A DNA stretch of 64,000 bases from Piromyces finnis finn (taxonomy: Eukaryota; Fungi; Neocallimastigomycota): assembly GCA_002104945.1 (NCBI GenBank), contig MCFH01000026.1, forward strand, positions 670,685 through 734,684. The letters run 5' to 3'. Numbering within the stretch: the stretch's first letter is position 1; every line of letters starts with the position of its first letter. The translations under genes and the position numbers were made by a program. Shown here one piece after another: positions 24,937 to 38,467 of the stretch. Below the pieces are notes generated by a model. The model was given only the letters and a program-made list of their open reading frames with translations, was not told the origin of the DNA and did no database searches.

Positions 24937-26523
24937 TTAAGAATGAACTTCGTCCCTTGAAGTTCCTAAAGATTCCTCTCTTATTGTGTAGGGATAGATG
25001 TTTTTGATATGAACGTTTCTTGCTAATAGTTTTCCGGTTTGTGGGTCTTCTAAAACGACAGTATTGTATTGTGGTTTCTTTACAACTTTGAATGGTCCAT
25101 AAAAATAGGGTTGCAGTTTAGTTCTATTGATTAATTTTATCATTACGTAATCTCCTTCTTTATATTTCTTTTTAAGTGCTTTGGAAAATCCAATTCGATG
25201 TTCCCAGTATTTATTTGCGTAATCAGAGTATTCCATTGCTTCTTTTACCCATTTGTAGTGTCTTAAAAATCTTCTAAAATTGTACTCTTCTTCAGTTTCT
25301 TGTGGTTCTTTATATAAGTCTGGAAACATAATTTCCATAGGCCACGTATCTCGTCTTCCATATAATAATTCGAAGCTACTAAACTTTGTTTTAGTGCTTT
25401 TTGTGGTTCTTAGTGCCCATAATACTGATGGTAGGCACTCATCCCAATCCTGTTCATCTTCTATTAACATTCTTAATATCTTACCTATTTCCCGATTGCG
25501 ATTTTCTATCATTCCATTTGAAGGTGGGTGATGTGGTGATACATAGTGCACCCATGATCCGTATAAATCTATCATCATCTTAGTTACGTCCGAAATAAAA
25601 GGACTTCCATTATCAGTTATTATTAATTCTGGTGGACCATGTCGAGATATTACTTCTGTTAAAAATTTAATAATTTCTTCTGATTTAGTATTTGGGATTG
25701 CTTTGGCTTCAGGCCATTTTGTGAAATAATCTACTAAAGTTATTATGTAACTATTACCTGATCTGGTAGTTGGAAGTGGACCGATTATATCTAGTCCAAC
25801 TCTTGTAAATGGTTTTTCCACTGGTGTGATATGGTCTTCTGTATATTTTGGTTGTGGTTTTGGTCTGAAGAGTTGACATTTCCTGCATGATTTTATCCAC
25901 ATTTTTACATCGTTCCATATTCCAGGCCAATAATACGAATCCATAATTCTTCTAGTAGTTTTATCTGAACCTTCATGTCCTATGTTGTGTGCTCTGTTTA
26001 TAATGTCTTTTTTATCACTCTCATTCTGTATAACTTTCAAAAACTTATCGTCTTTTACAAAATATAATGTATTGTCTAAAACTTTATAATTTTTATTAAA
26101 ATATTTAATTATACCTTCTGGGATATCTAAATCTTTTGGATTAATGTCATTCAAGATAGCGTTGATACTATTTATAATACCTTCATTTCCTTTTGATGGT
26201 AGTCTTGATAAGGCATCTGCAAATACATTTCTTTTTCCTTTTTCGTATTTTATTGAAATATTGTATTTATTTATTTCTTCTATCCATCTTGCAATTCTTC
26301 CTTTAGTTGGTACATTTTTGTTGAAAAATCCAATTAATGGTTTGTGGTCAGTGATGAAAATGGTTTCATTTTTATTACTAATAATATATGGACTAAACTT
26401 TTTTAAACAGTAAATTAAAGCTAAACCTTCTAATTCTGTTACTGAATAATTTTCTTCACATGGCTTTAAAGACCTGCTTACACAATAAATTGGATGTTCC
26501 AATTTATCTTCCTCCATTTGCAA
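24937..26523 (-). CDS. pol: RNase H (C-terminal part) and integrase of element V
   Basis: ITDHKPL, ADALSRL, HxxGH...CRKC, VGLDIIGP, IITDNGSPF, MIENRNRE; joins in frame to IVRTDASTKGIGGV at 33291-33350 once Y is removed. Confidence 0.9.
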   Translation of the reverse strand: MQMEEDKLEHPIYCVSRSLKPCEENYSVTELEGLALIYCLKKFSPYIISNKNETIFITDHKPLIGFFNKNVPTKGRIARWIEEINKYNISIKYEKGKRNVFADALSRLPSKGNEGIINSINAILNDINPKDLDIPEGIIKYFNKNYKVLDNTLYFVKDDKFLKVIQNESDKKDIINRAHNIGHEGSDKTTRRIMDSYYWPGIWNDVKMWIKSCRKCQLFRPKPQPKYTEDHITPVEKPFTRVGLDIIGPLPTTRSGNSYIITLVDYFTKWPEAKAIPNTKSEEIIKFLTEVISRHGPPELIITDNGSPFISDVTKMMIDLYGSWVHYVSPHHPPSNGMIENRNREIGKILRMLIEDEQDWDECLPSVLWALRTTKSTKTKFSSFELLYGRRDTWPMEIMFPDLYKEPQETEEEYNFRRFLRHYKWVKEAMEYSDYANKYWEHRIGFSKALKKKYKEGDYVMIKLINRTKLQPYFYGPFKVVKKPQYNTVVLEDPQTGKLLARNVHIKNIYPYTIREESLGTSRDEVHS

Positions 26524-26534
26524 AAGAACACCCC

Positions 26535-27038
26535 TGTAAAGAAATGTGTTCTTAACAATAAAAAATTTATAACAATTTACTAAAATAACTTAGTAAATAT
26601 AAAACACTTTTATCTTACTGTTAATTATTAATATTTAAAATTATTATTAAAAACACACAAATTTTAACTTAATAGGTTAGTGTTTAACAATAATTTATTA
26701 ATTAATAAAAACTCAATTTTTTTTAAATTTAGAAAAATCCACTCGTATTTATATAAAAATTTTTAAAATTAATCTAAAAGATTTTTTACAACTTAAATTT
26801 CTTAACCAATCAAAGAATTTCGAGTTGATAAAAAATCAAAATAAAAAAAATTAAAATAAAAATAAAAAAAAAGTAATTTAGAAGTCTCGAACTCAAGACA
26901 TTCGGACCAAAGTCTTAGTTACTAACCACTAAGACAATTTCTTTATTTCTATGATTCGTTACATGGCCCTCCTCGAGGATTCGGATACCAGACGAATCGA
27001 AAAGAACTAGACTAATTTATTAAATATTTAATTGAGTG

Positions 27039-27073
<35 letters not shown>

Positions 27074-30000
27074 TTATAAGATTTTAATTACATGAAAATA
27101 TATTTTAATATACTTAAACTAAAATTAAGAAATAATTTAATTTTTTAATCTCTCTTCTCTTTATCATTTACAAAAAAAAAATTAAAATCAATTATAAATA
27201 TAAATTAAAGGTTTGATATTTCATTTGTTTTCATTAAATTTCTTGAGTAATTCTTCACAATTGAGATTTTCTTCAGGTTCCCATGAAGCCTCGTTGATAG
27301 AGTATCCTTTCCATTTTATCAAATATTGAGTTTTTCCGTAATGTTTCCTTTTATCTAGAATTTCTTCAACTTCATACTCTTCTTCGTTGTCAACAATGAT
27401 GGGTGGCGGTGGATGTTGTGATCTTTCGAATTTATCCTTGAAATATGGTTCGAGATTGGAGACGTGGACAACAGGATGTATTTTTATTGACTTCGGAAGG
27501 TTAAGTTTAAATGAAACATCAGAGATTTTCTTTGAAATTTTAAATGGACCGAGTTTTCTTGGTTTGAATTTTTTGTTTCCTTTGTGTATAATTAAAGAAC
27601 TATCTAACCAAACCATATCTCCAACAATGAATTTTGGTGCGTCTTTCCTGAGTTTATCAGCATACTTCTTTTGGGACTCGATAGCAGCTTTTAAGTTTTC
27701 TTTAAGAGTATTAATCAAGGACTTAAAATCTTTTGTATATTCTTCTGCTCTTGGAACATTTGATTGGTCTGGAATAATTGGTGAATGTCTTGGATGGAAA
27801 CCGTAGTTTGCAAAGAATGGTGAAATTTTTGATGATTCTTGAACTGAATTATTATAACTGAATTCAGCAAGACTAAGAAAATTTTTCCAATCGGACCCTT
27901 TATAGTTTGAGAAGCATCTTAAGTATTGTTCAATAACGGAGTTTACCCTCTCCGTCTGACCATTTGATTGATGATGGAATGGAGAAGAAAACTTAAGATC
28001 AATAAAAAGGGAAGAACAAATAGATTGGAAAAATTTGGAGGTAAATTGAGAACCTCTATCAGTTATAATAGAAGAAGGTAACCCATGAAGACGAAATATA
28101 TTATCAATGAAAGCGGAAGCTGTTTCTGATGCAGAAGGAATACCTTTAAATGGGATAAGATGAATCATTTTAGTAAGACGATCGATAGTTACCAGAATAC
28201 AAGTGTAACCAGATGAAGAAGGAAGATCAGTAACAAAATCCATTGAAATAGAAGACCAAGGTCGATCGGCTATTTCAAGGGGGTTAAGGAGACCGTAAGG
28301 TTTATGATGGGAATTTTTTGAACGGCAACAGGTTTCACAAGAGCGAACGTAGTTTTTAACATCGGTTGTAAGTGAAGGCCACCAAAAATCTCTAGAAATA
28401 AGAGAAATAGTTCTTTTAATGCCAAAGTGACCAGCGGAAGGAGAATCATGACAAAGTTTAAGAATAGAGAGGCGGCATTTGGAAGGAACGTAAATGCGAT
28501 CAGCAAAAAGGAGAAAGCTATTACTTAGAGAAAATTTGTCGATTTGGGGGTGAGGAATTGGAGGCTTCCTACAATCGAGGTAATCACAAATTTTATTATA
28601 GAGTTCATCGTTATTGTATTCGGAGAGGAAAGAATCACTTATGGTAGACACTGAAGTTACAATAGCACAAAAATTTTCAGGACGTAAAACATTGAAAGGA
28701 ATATCGGATGAAGGATTTGAATTAGCGGCATAATCAGAACGACGGGAAAGAGCATCAGGTTTACCGTTAGAAGAGCCAGAACGGTAAATAATAACAAAGT
28801 TAAATTCAGAAAGAAATAGAGCCCAGCGGACAAGACGTTGAGACATCTTTTCTGGTTTCTTTTGGTAAAGGAGATTTCTATGATCCGAGTATATTTTAAA
28901 AGTAGAAGTAGAACCTTTGAGAAGGTGACGCCAAGTTTCCAGAGCTGCGACAATAGCGAGGAGTTCTTTGTCGTAAATAGGATAATTTCGTTCAGGACCA
29001 GTAAGTGAACGGGAAAAGAAAGCAACCGGATGAGTCATATTATCACTAGGAGAAACTTGAGAGAGGATTGCTCCTATAGCAAAATTACTTGAGTCGGTCT
29101 CGACAATAAATGGTAGATCTCGATTAGGAAAAATAAGAACAGGAGCAGAGACAAATAGTGACTTAAGAGTGTCAAAAGCGACTTGTGCTTCATTGGTCCA
29201 TAAAAATTTAACATTCTTCTTTAAGAGTTTATGTAATGGATGAGCAATTTTTGCGAAGTTTGGAATAAATCGTCTATAATAATTAGCGAGACCAAGAAAA
29301 GATTGAACTTCTTTAACATTGGAGGGTGTAGGCCAATTTAAAATAGAAGAAACTTTGTTAGGATCCATATGGATACCATCGGCGGAAATTCTATGACCTA
29401 AAAAATCAATAAACGGAACGAAAAATTCACATTTTTCGGGCTTTGCATAGAGGCCAGCAGATCTTAAGAGTTTTAAGACGGTTTTAACATGTTTTACATG
29501 GCTTTCGTAATCTTGGGAAAAAATGATTATATCATCAATATAAGAGAAAGCAAATTTTCCGAGAACTTCTTCTAGAACGTCATTGATGAAATGTTGAAAA
29601 ACCGCAGGAGCATTTTTCAACCCAAAAGGCATGACACAATATTCGAAATGACCCAGCTTACAGGTGAAAGCAGTTTTGTATTCGTCACCGCTTTTAATTC
29701 TGACTAAGTTATAAGCTGAACGAAGATCCAATTTAGAAAATATTTTTCCTTTTCCGAGGTGTTCTAACATATCTTGAATTAATGGAAGCGGATAAGAGTC
29801 TCGTATAGTGATTGAATTTAATTGCCGATAGTCAACACACATCCGAAGTTGACCATTTTTCTTAGGGACGAATAGAACAGGAGCACCGGCAGGTGATTTA
29901 GACTTTCTGATAAAGCCCTTACTAAGGTTTTCTTTGATATATTCCTCTAAAGCGTTAGACTCAGTTTCAGTTAGAGGATAAATTGGGCCATAAAAAAGTT

Positions 30001-31681
30001 TGGAATTTTCTTTTAGTTTAATCTCGCAATCATACGGACGGTGAGGAGGTAGCTTATTAGCTGATATTTCATTAAAAACATCTTGAAATTCATCAAGTTC
30101 TTTAGGTAGGAATACAGATTTTGTAGAAGATTTAAGAGTGTCGGGATTTTGATCTACATTGGTGTCATTGGATATAGAATTAATAGAATCAGCACTAGTA
30201 TTCGAGATTGAAACAAAAGAATTAACGGATTTCTTGGGTTCTTCGTTAGAAGAAACGAAAATAGGAAGTGCTGTTTGAGTATTAGAATTATTCAAGGAAG
30301 GGTCAATTGAATTACGAGATTGTACTGAAAATATAGGGAAAGCAGTTTCATTAGAAGTAAATGTAGAATAAGAGTGTAATGAATCACCAGAAATAGAAAC
30401 ACAATGAGAATAACAATAGTTAGAATTGAAAGTTATATCCTTTGTTGAAAAATCGATGCTTGGATTATGAAGTATCAACCAGTCAAGACCAAGTATACAA
30501 CAATACCTTGGGAGGTTTGTGACGTAGAAGTTAGTTTTGCAAACGTGATCTTTATATTTGAGATTGAGAGGTGGAGTTATACCGAAAATTGCCTGATTAC
30601 CACCAATACCAATAATTTTTGGAAGATCACAATGATCGTAATAAGGGATGGAGTTCTCTTCACAATAAGCACGATCAATTAGATTAAGTTTTGAACCTGA
30701 ATCAATAAGAATTTGGACGGAATTTTCAAAGGAAATTTTGAAGTTTGCAACAAAGTCTGAATTTTCAATAGTTCTTTGACTTGGACGAATTGGTTTAGTT
30801 GGAATGGACATAAAGGAAGTATTCGAAGATTTATCCTTCTTTTGCTTTAAAGGACAATTATCAAGTGAATGATCGGAAGAGCCACAGTACATACATAAGT
30901 TATTTTTTCTTCTTCTGTCCTTTTCAGCTTTGCTTAAAGGTCCATGAAACTTATTTTTATTAGAATTATTATTGCTTTTCTTCGGGAAATTATTATTTCT
31001 TCTAGATTTATAGTTTTCAGAATTGCTATGACCAAAGAATTTTTTGTTAACGGCGAGTCTTGAATCAATCCTAGAAGCAATAGTTTGCATAGAAGAAAGA
31101 TTCTTTGGTCCGGGAAACATCTCAATAATACGTGAAGCAACTTGGTCGACCAAACCTGCCAAAAAAGCATCCATCTTGGCTTCTTCATTCCAAGAGTAAA
31201 CATCTGCATATTTATTAAATTCCATGATGTAATCGTTGGCACGGCCGATATTCTTCTGTCTAACCCTCTTAAGCATTTGGTTAGCAAAGAAAACTTCATC
31301 ATTGTTCCCATAGAAGGTTTTTAATCTACTGACAAAAGCATCGTAGTTTAGGAGGCATTGATCATGATTTTCGATTAAGGTAGCTGCCCAATTCAAGGCA
31401 TTTCCATACAAGCGAGAGATAATGTATAAAATTTTCGTTTCATCATTTTGGTATCTCTCAGGGTAAAGAAGAAATACTAATTCTATCTTGGCCAGGAATC
31501 CTTTTAGAAATCTTTTATCCCCAGCAAATCCATCCTTCAGAGCAGCATTGTCAAAGATGTTTTGATTAATTTCATCCATTTTGACTTATTATTAGAAGCT
31601 TAGATTATTTGACTTTGACTTTTGATTATTGTTAATTGATTTAGGAAGCTTAGACTACCACTTAAACTTGAGATTATACTT

Positions 31682-31714
<33 letters not shown>

Positions 31715-33290
31715 ATGTCTTGGAATTATGAATTTTGAATTGATTTAAGTTATAATTAGAATACAAAGAAAATAATATTTTTAAGAAAATTAAAGAAAGA
31801 AAATTTAATATTGTTATTATCAAATTGAGTTACCGACCAAATTATATTTAATAGACTATTGATTAAGGGTCTTTCGTCCGATAATAGATTTTTCCGTCGC
31901 CCTATTCACGCGATCTAAGTTCCGTCACGCGCTTCAGGTTCTTACTATTACCCCTAATATGCCCCTGTTGATAAATCAATAAGGCCTGTCTATTGCTGAA
32001 ATATAATTTGTTTAACTCAAAATTGATAAGAAAAGAATATTTTAATTATCAATATTAAATTAAACAAAGCCTCCAATAAAAAATATTTTTTTTTTTTTTT
32101 TTTTTTTTTTTTAATGGAACGAATTAAAAGTAAAAGAAAAAGAGAAAGATGTTTTATTAAAAAAAGTTTTCTTCAATTATATTTATTAACTAAAATAATT
32201 TAAAAATATATGCCAAATTATATAGTGTTAGACCACCAAATATATAATTTGTTATAAACTAATATCTAAGAGTTCCTTTAGCTCTTTTTCGATAAAGTAG
32301 GTAAAGTCGAATGTTAATATCTTTCGATAATAGGAAGTAATATTGTTTAATTCTTTATAATAGCTAACTCTTGTTAGTATGAAAGAATTGAACAAATTAG
32401 TTTCCCCGTGTTTCAACTATACCTAAACGCAAAAGTATTATGGTATCAAAGTCTAACTTTTGACGCGTAGGAAGTCAATATTAGTTTATTATATAATATT
32501 TTTAAAATATTATTAAATAAATCTAATTTTCAAGAAAACTTGAAAAATAAAGTGTTTTATTAAAAACTTCGTTCCAAAAAAATAAAAAATAATTTAAAAT
32601 TTATAAAATAATTATAGTTTTTATTTTTATAAAATAACTTTGAGCGCCTCCTCCACAACTCAAGTGTTGTTACTAGCTATACTCTGTTTTTTTTTTTATA
32701 ATAAATTTTAACTATTTTATTATTTTATATTTTAATTATATATATATATTTTTTTTTAATATGTTTTAAAAGAAAAGCTTCAATAATAAAACATAAGTTT
32801 TATCTATAACTAATTCTTTAACACTAAGGTATTAAGTCTATTATTATAAAGGAGTTTTTATTGTAAAGAAATGTGTTCTTAACAATAAAAAATTTATAAC
32901 AATTTACTAAAATAACTTAGTAAATATAAAACACTTTTATCTTACTGTTAATTATTAATATTTAAAATTATTATTAAAAACACACAAATTTTAACTTAAT
33001 AGGTTAGTGTTTAACAATAATTTATTAATTAATAAAAACTCAATTTTTTTTAAATTTAGAAAAATCCACTCGTATTTATATAAAAATTTTTAAAATTAAT
33101 CTAAAAGATTTTTTACAACTTAAATTTCTTAACCAATCAAAGAATTTCGAGTTGATAAAAAATCAAAATAAAAAAAATTAAAATAAAAATAAAAAAAAAG
33201 TAATTTAGAAGTCTCAAACTCAAGACATTCGGACCAAAGTCTTAGTTACTAACCACTAAGACAATTTCTTTATTTCTATGATTCGTTACA
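26535..33290 (-). mobile_element. Full-length, apparently intact chromovirus Y
   Basis: 429-bp LTRs 26535-26963 and 32862-33290, nearly identical (one G/A difference seen at 26889/33216); TSD ACCCC (26530-26534 / 33291-33295); PPT gaggagggcc. Confidence 0.97.
27221..31579 (-). CDS. gag-pol: Single-ORF Gag-PR-RT-RH-IN-chromodomain polyprotein (1452 aa)
   Basis: CCHC knuckle [14 protein letters not shown]; LIDSGS; YIDD; ETDSS; DDE integrase; chromodomain [11 protein letters not shown]...YLIKWKGY...SWEPEENL. Confidence 0.97.
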   Translation of the reverse strand: MDEINQNIFDNAALKDGFAGDKRFLKGFLAKIELVFLLYPERYQNDETKILYIISRLYGNALNWAATLIENHDQCLLNYDAFVSRLKTFYGNNDEVFFANQMLKRVRQKNIGRANDYIMEFNKYADVYSWNEEAKMDAFLAGLVDQVASRIIEMFPGPKNLSSMQTIASRIDSRLAVNKKFFGHSNSENYKSRRNNNFPKKSNNNSNKNKFHGPLSKAEKDRRRKNNLCMYCGSSDHSLDNCPLKQKKDKSSNTSFMSIPTKPIRPSQRTIENSDFVANFKISFENSVQILIDSGSKLNLIDRAYCEENSIPYYDHCDLPKIIGIGGNQAIFGITPPLNLKYKDHVCKTNFYVTNLPRYCCILGLDWLILHNPSIDFSTKDITFNSNYCYSHCVSISGDSLHSYSTFTSNETAFPIFSVQSRNSIDPSLNNSNTQTALPIFVSSNEEPKKSVNSFVSISNTSADSINSISNDTNVDQNPDTLKSSTKSVFLPKELDEFQDVFNEISANKLPPHRPYDCEIKLKENSKLFYGPIYPLTETESNALEEYIKENLSKGFIRKSKSPAGAPVLFVPKKNGQLRMCVDYRQLNSITIRDSYPLPLIQDMLEHLGKGKIFSKLDLRSAYNLVRIKSGDEYKTAFTCKLGHFEYCVMPFGLKNAPAVFQHFINDVLEEVLGKFAFSYIDDIIIFSQDYESHVKHVKTVLKLLRSAGLYAKPEKCEFFVPFIDFLGHRISADGIHMDPNKVSSILNWPTPSNVKEVQSFLGLANYYRRFIPNFAKIAHPLHKLLKKNVKFLWTNEAQVAFDTLKSLFVSAPVLIFPNRDLPFIVETDSSNFAIGAILSQVSPSDNMTHPVAFFSRSLTGPERNYPIYDKELLAIVAALETWRHLLKGSTSTFKIYSDHRNLLYQKKPEKMSQRLVRWALFLSEFNFVIIYRSGSSNGKPDALSRRSDYAANSNPSSDIPFNVLRPENFCAIVTSVSTISDSFLSEYNNDELYNKICDYLDCRKPPIPHPQIDKFSLSNSFLLFADRIYVPSKCRLSILKLCHDSPSAGHFGIKRTISLISRDFWWPSLTTDVKNYVRSCETCCRSKNSHHKPYGLLNPLEIADRPWSSISMDFVTDLPSSSGYTCILVTIDRLTKMIHLIPFKGIPSASETASAFIDNIFRLHGLPSSIITDRGSQFTSKFFQSICSSLFIDLKFSSPFHHQSNGQTERVNSVIEQYLRCFSNYKGSDWKNFLSLAEFSYNNSVQESSKISPFFANYGFHPRHSPIIPDQSNVPRAEEYTKDFKSLINTLKENLKAAIESQKKYADKLRKDAPKFIVGDMVWLDSSLIIHKGNKKFKPRKLGPFKISKKISDVSFKLNLPKSIKIHPVVHVSNLEPYFKDKFERSQHPPPPIIVDNEEEYEVEEILDKRKHYGKTQYLIKWKGYSINEASWEPEENLNCEELLKKFNENK

Positions 33291-33454
33291 ACCCCCGATA
33301 CCTTTAGTTGAAGCGTCTGTTCTGACTATAAAATGTTTATTGAAATCTGGATAAATTAAAATAGGATCCACTAATAGGCAGTGTCTTAAATCTTCAAATG
33401 CGTGTTTTTATTTTTGTGAAGCACATTTATTGTATTTAGATTTTGATTTGGACG

Positions 33455-33505
33455 TGCAATTTTGTTTATATAGGGAGATTGCATACTCCCATCAATTAGT
33501 TTAAA
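33455..33505 (-). promoter_or_regulatory. -1 ribosomal frameshift signal (U UUA AAC plus H-type pseudoknot) at the end of V gag
   Basis: TTTAAAC, 8-nt spacer, GGGAG-ta-TGCAAT-CTCCC-12 nt-ATTGCA; the -1 frame stays open ~40 codons. Confidence 0.8.
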
Positions 33506-34645
33506 TAATTTTCTTCATCATAACTTTCAGGACATTCGAAGTCTTGATGACCAATACGTAAGCAATTTGCACAGAAGTTTATCTTAAGTTCTGACAATTT
33601 TTGCGTTAACTCTTGAATTTCGTCGTTGTTGTCAGCATTATTTTTAAGTATATTTCTTCTTTCTTCCATTCTGTTATTGAATTGATTTCTATTATAATAA
33701 TTACTTCTTTGTTCATTATTAATTATCTTATTATTGTAATTATTATTTAAATTATCATTGTTGTTGTTATTTTGATAATATTTATTATAACCGTTTTTAT
33801 TGTTAGGATAATCATAATTTGGTACATTATTATAAATTCTGTAATTTGGATTATTATTTGGATTATTGAAGTTAGAGACATATCTGTTACTATTATTATA
33901 ATTTCTATATATGTTGTGATTATTATTGTACATCTTCTTAATTCTATCATTGTTGTCACTTGTATTTGGTAGTAAATAAGATGTACTAGTTTTATTCTTT
34001 GTGTTGTACATAATTTCACTATGATCTGTATTTTCTTGAAATTTGCTAAACTTATTTAATTTATTGAATTTTTCTTTGTTTGTTCCAGAGGGTATTGCCT
34101 TTCCTTTATTTTCTTTCATTAGATTCATTATCTTCTCTTTCTTCAAAGTTATCTTCATGGCGTCTTCTAGGGTTGTTGGTTCTTCTTCCATAAGATTTTC
34201 ATATATTTTTTCCCAGTTCCTGAAAGCATTAATATAATAAGACGTTATAATTGATTCTGATAATGTGACGGTTTTATTTATTTGATTTAATAATTCCGTG
34301 AATCTTAAATCAAATTCAGAGATACTTTCATCTTTTTTTATTGTAATAGAAGAGAGTTCTAAGATTTTTGAATTCTTGGAGGATGTTTTCTTGTAATGTT
34401 TACTGAGATTCTTTAAAATTGTCTCATAGTTATCTGGACTGCTTTTGTTTAAGGAATTTATATACAATTGTTCTGGCCACATTCGCAGTTATTGCTAGTA
34501 AATAATCAATTTTTTCTGCTTCTTCAATGATTTTGAATGTAGAACACCAATGGTCAAAGGAGAATTTCCATGAGTCAAAAGATATATTTGATTCGCCTAA
34601 TATAGGTAATCTATTGAAAGTAATAATTTTTGTCTGGTTGTCCAT
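33496..34645 (-). pseudogene. gag: Gag of element V (one frameshift near 34480), Asn-rich, with CCHC knuckle
   Basis: ORFs 34430-34645 and 33496-34482; CANCLRIGHQDFEC. Confidence 0.85.
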
Positions 34646-36834
34646 TTTCTGTACTATTATTATGTTATTTCTTATATATTTTATATTTAAATAATTTCCT
34701 ATTTTATTAATTATTATTATTTCTTATTTTTGTTTATTAATTAATTATTGTTGATATTATTGATAATAATTATTGTCTATACTATTATTAAATGATAAAT
34801 TTTTATTATAATTTATTATTATTATCTTAGAATATGATCGTCAAATATTTGTATTTTCAATATTATTACTAATTATTATTAATTATTACTAATTATTAAT
34901 CATTAATTATTTATTATTTATTATTTATCCTTTTATATTTATTATTATTATTATTCAATGTTTAGTAATATAATTATTTGTGATATGTTATTTACTAGTG
35001 TTTTAACTATTTTATTTATGATTATATAATTTCAATTTATATATATATATATATATATTTATATTTTTTATATTTCTATTACTTTAATATATCTTGCATA
35101 ATATAATTTATTTTATTGTTAATTTTAATTTAATTATCATATCAAGTCACATAACAATTTATATATTTAAAATATTATTTATTATTATTTGTATATTTTA
35201 TATTTCAATTGCTCGATTGATGTATATAAATCACTTTATGTAAATGTATTTATATAATTTCATATGTTTTATTATAATTGTTATTAAATATTATTATTCA
35301 CTATTAATATATATTTTATTCAATAACATATTTTTTTTTTTTTGTTTTATATATATATAAATATATGAAGTAAATATTAATACTTAGCTTCACCGGCCTT
35401 TAAAGGATTCTCCACCAAATTTAATAAGTGTTTAATATTATCTTAATTTATAATTAAATAATTATAAAAGTGATAATATTCTTATCAATTTATATAAAAA
35501 AAAAGATTTAAAATAAATTTTTATTATAAAGTTATTTGAAATATTTTAATTCGACATAACGATTATTAACAAAATATAAAAGTTATGTTTTAAAAACACA
35601 ATTTTAAAATATATTTTTGAATCAACTCTTTATTTAATACATTTATTAAAAGTATTGATTGATTTTTAAATTAGGAAATAATTACATGTATTTATAATTT
35701 TCTTTCTGTTTTAACTTTTTAAAATAAAATATTAATATGTTTTAAAATAATAATGAATAATAAATAAAAGAAACAATTTATTTTAAAGTAATTAATTTAA
35801 TTAATATAACACTATTTTACTATTTAAAATGTTATTTATACTATGTTTATTTTATAACAAAAATATAATTTAAACTGAGTTTTAATAAATAATTTTTATA
35901 CTTTTAATTAAACATTTAAATATTATTATTATTTATTATTTATTTTTAAGTTGTTTTGAGGGTTAGTTTATATCAAGATTATAATTTCATATTTATTAAT
36001 TCCAATTTATATCAGTTTGATAAATAATGAAATTAATAAATATAAAATTATTATTATACCTGATTTTTAAGTTAACCCTAAAAGTAACTTAAAACAAGTT
36101 ATAGTTTAATTAAGTACTTTACCAAAATTCTCAAATAAAATTAATCCTAAACACTGCATATATTTTGATTATTGAAAGAAAATAATAAACTTTAATTAAT
36201 CGAGATCAAAATATATAACTTTTGTTAAATTAATTGTTAAATTAAATATTTAATAACTTCGTTAGTAAATTACACTTTAAAAGTAAACAAATATAATAAT
36301 TCATGTTATAAAATAATATAATTAAACACCTTTATTAAAACATTAAAAATAATTATTACTTTAATTAATTGTAAAATAAACAACTTTTTATATTCTTTAA
36401 CTTTTAATTATTTCTTTTATTGTTATTTCTAATTACTTTTATTACTTTTATTGTAAATAGTTATTAATTTTATTGTTTTAATGTAAATAGTTTAAATCTA
36501 AAAGAAAATATAAATACATGTAAATATTCTTATTTTAATCATTATTATTATTATTAATAAAGAAATATTATATAGTTAGATTAATATTTTATAATTTTAA
36601 TAATCATCTTTATACTTAAATAAATAAAATTTTAAATATTTAAATATTAGAAAAACAAGTGTTTCTAATAAAACAATTTAGTGTTTTAACAAAACAATTT
36701 TATTAATTTTTATAAAAACGATTTTAAATCTCAATCAATATAACTTATATAGTTATAACAAAAGATATAATATAATAATCACTTTTTGAAGTAAAATTCA
36801 AAATTAAGATTATTATCAAATTATATCACGTTAC

Positions 36835-37600
36835 TGTAAGAATAAATACTTATTATTTATTCTTAGTATTAAACATTACAAATAATTTATTTAGTTAATA
36901 ATCATTAATCCATTAGATTATATTAATATATTTATTTATTATTATAGTTATTTGTTAAGTTAAATATTGTAAATATTTATTTAGTTAATAATTATTCATT
37001 CACTATATTAGATTAATTAATTTATTTAATTATGTATTTATACATTCATTTATATATACTTGTATTATAAAAGATAAAACACATACTAATTACATTAATA
37101 ATATTATACAACTATATATTAGTATGTAATAGGAAATCGGATATTAAGGTTTTACCCGTTATCAACGGTTTTACTTAATATTACGATGATTGGTATGATT
37201 AGAATATCAATCAAATAACTTTTTAGGTTTTTCTTCTAGTCTTCTCCTAAAAAGATTTTTGTTAAGATTAGAATGTTCTTAGAAATTTTAATTTAATAAA
37301 ATAAAACATATAAATAGTACTCTTGAGTTCGATTTGAGAAATCAAGAGTTATTATTATAAGATTAATTATAATAAATAACTTTATACAAAATAATAAGTA
37401 ATAAAATAAATATTAAAAAACTATTAAATACACAAAATAATTCTGATACATTTGGTGTTTGTTTATTATAATTTCTTATAATAAACTCATTAAGTTAAGT
37501 TTCTAATTTTACCTTTATTTTCACATTTTAATAATAGTTTATATTATTAATTTAAAGCTAATAATTATTATTATATAATGAATATAATATAATTATTACA
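36835..37600 (+). repeat. Solo LTR family W (copia-type), copy 1
   Basis: TG...CA flanked by GTTAC; homologous to the 3' LTR of the copia element at 42852-43916. Confidence 0.8.
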
Positions 37601-37605
37601 GTTAC

Positions 37606-38467
37606 TGTAAGAAATAATAATTATTTGATACATAATTAATATTTCTTAGTTAAAATCATTAATTATTAATCATTAATTAATGTTATTAATATTAGTTTAT
37701 TTAAATAATTATTCTCATTTAAATTTATTTTAATTATTTATTTTCACTTAATTTTAATATCTTAAATTACATTTAGCCATTTAATTATATTATTCATTAA
37801 TATTTTATTTAATATTTTTATTAATTATATTTATGCATTTAATTAATTAATTTAATTAATTACTTTTATTTAACTTTATATTTTTATTAATTATATTTAT
37901 TCATTTAATTAATTAATTTAATTAATTACTTTTATTTAACTTTATAATTTTATCAAATATATTTAATTATTTATTTAATTAATTACTTTAAAATAATTAT
38001 TCATTGTTTAGGAATCGATATTTTAAGGTTTTTTCCAATTTCTAAAATAATTGGTTTTACTTAAAATATACGATGATCAATATGTATAGAATGTTGATCG
38101 AACTTTGTTTAGGTTTTTCTTCTAATCTTTTCCTAAACAAAAAATTATTTTGTTAAGATTAGATAAAATTTTAATTTAAACTTTAAATTTATTAAATAAT
38201 ATAAATAAAGACTCTTGATTCTCTTCTAAGGAATCAAGAGTTATTATAAGAAACAAATTATAATAATAAAAGCGTTTTTAATTTTATTTTACTTAACTTA
38301 GTTATAATAAAACATATTAACTTATTAAAGTGTAAAATTATTTCTACTCTTATAATAAACTCGAACTTAAAGATAAGTATTAATATTTATTTTCTTTTAT
38401 TCTCAATTTATCAATAAATTGTAGTTAATAATTCTATTATATAATAATTTATAATGGAATTATTACA
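37606..38467 (+). repeat. Solo LTR family W, copy 2 (diverged from copy 1)
   Basis: TG...CA flanked by GTTAC on both sides. Confidence 0.8.

Larger units (their letters stand above)
23330..36014 (-). mobile_element. Gypsy element V, internally deleted (protease and most of RT missing), host of element Y
   Basis: LTRs 23330-24923 and 35422-36014; 4-bp TSD GTTT (23326-23329 / 36015-36018); PBS TGGTGGAGAAT 35407-35417; PPT gaagggagaa next to 24923; gag 33496-34645; RNase H and integrase. Confidence 0.88.

Noticed and set aside
16549-31324. Numerous 60-140 aa ORFs antisense to or overlapping pol genes
   Set aside because: Shadow frames of the real retroelement ORFs; no motifs
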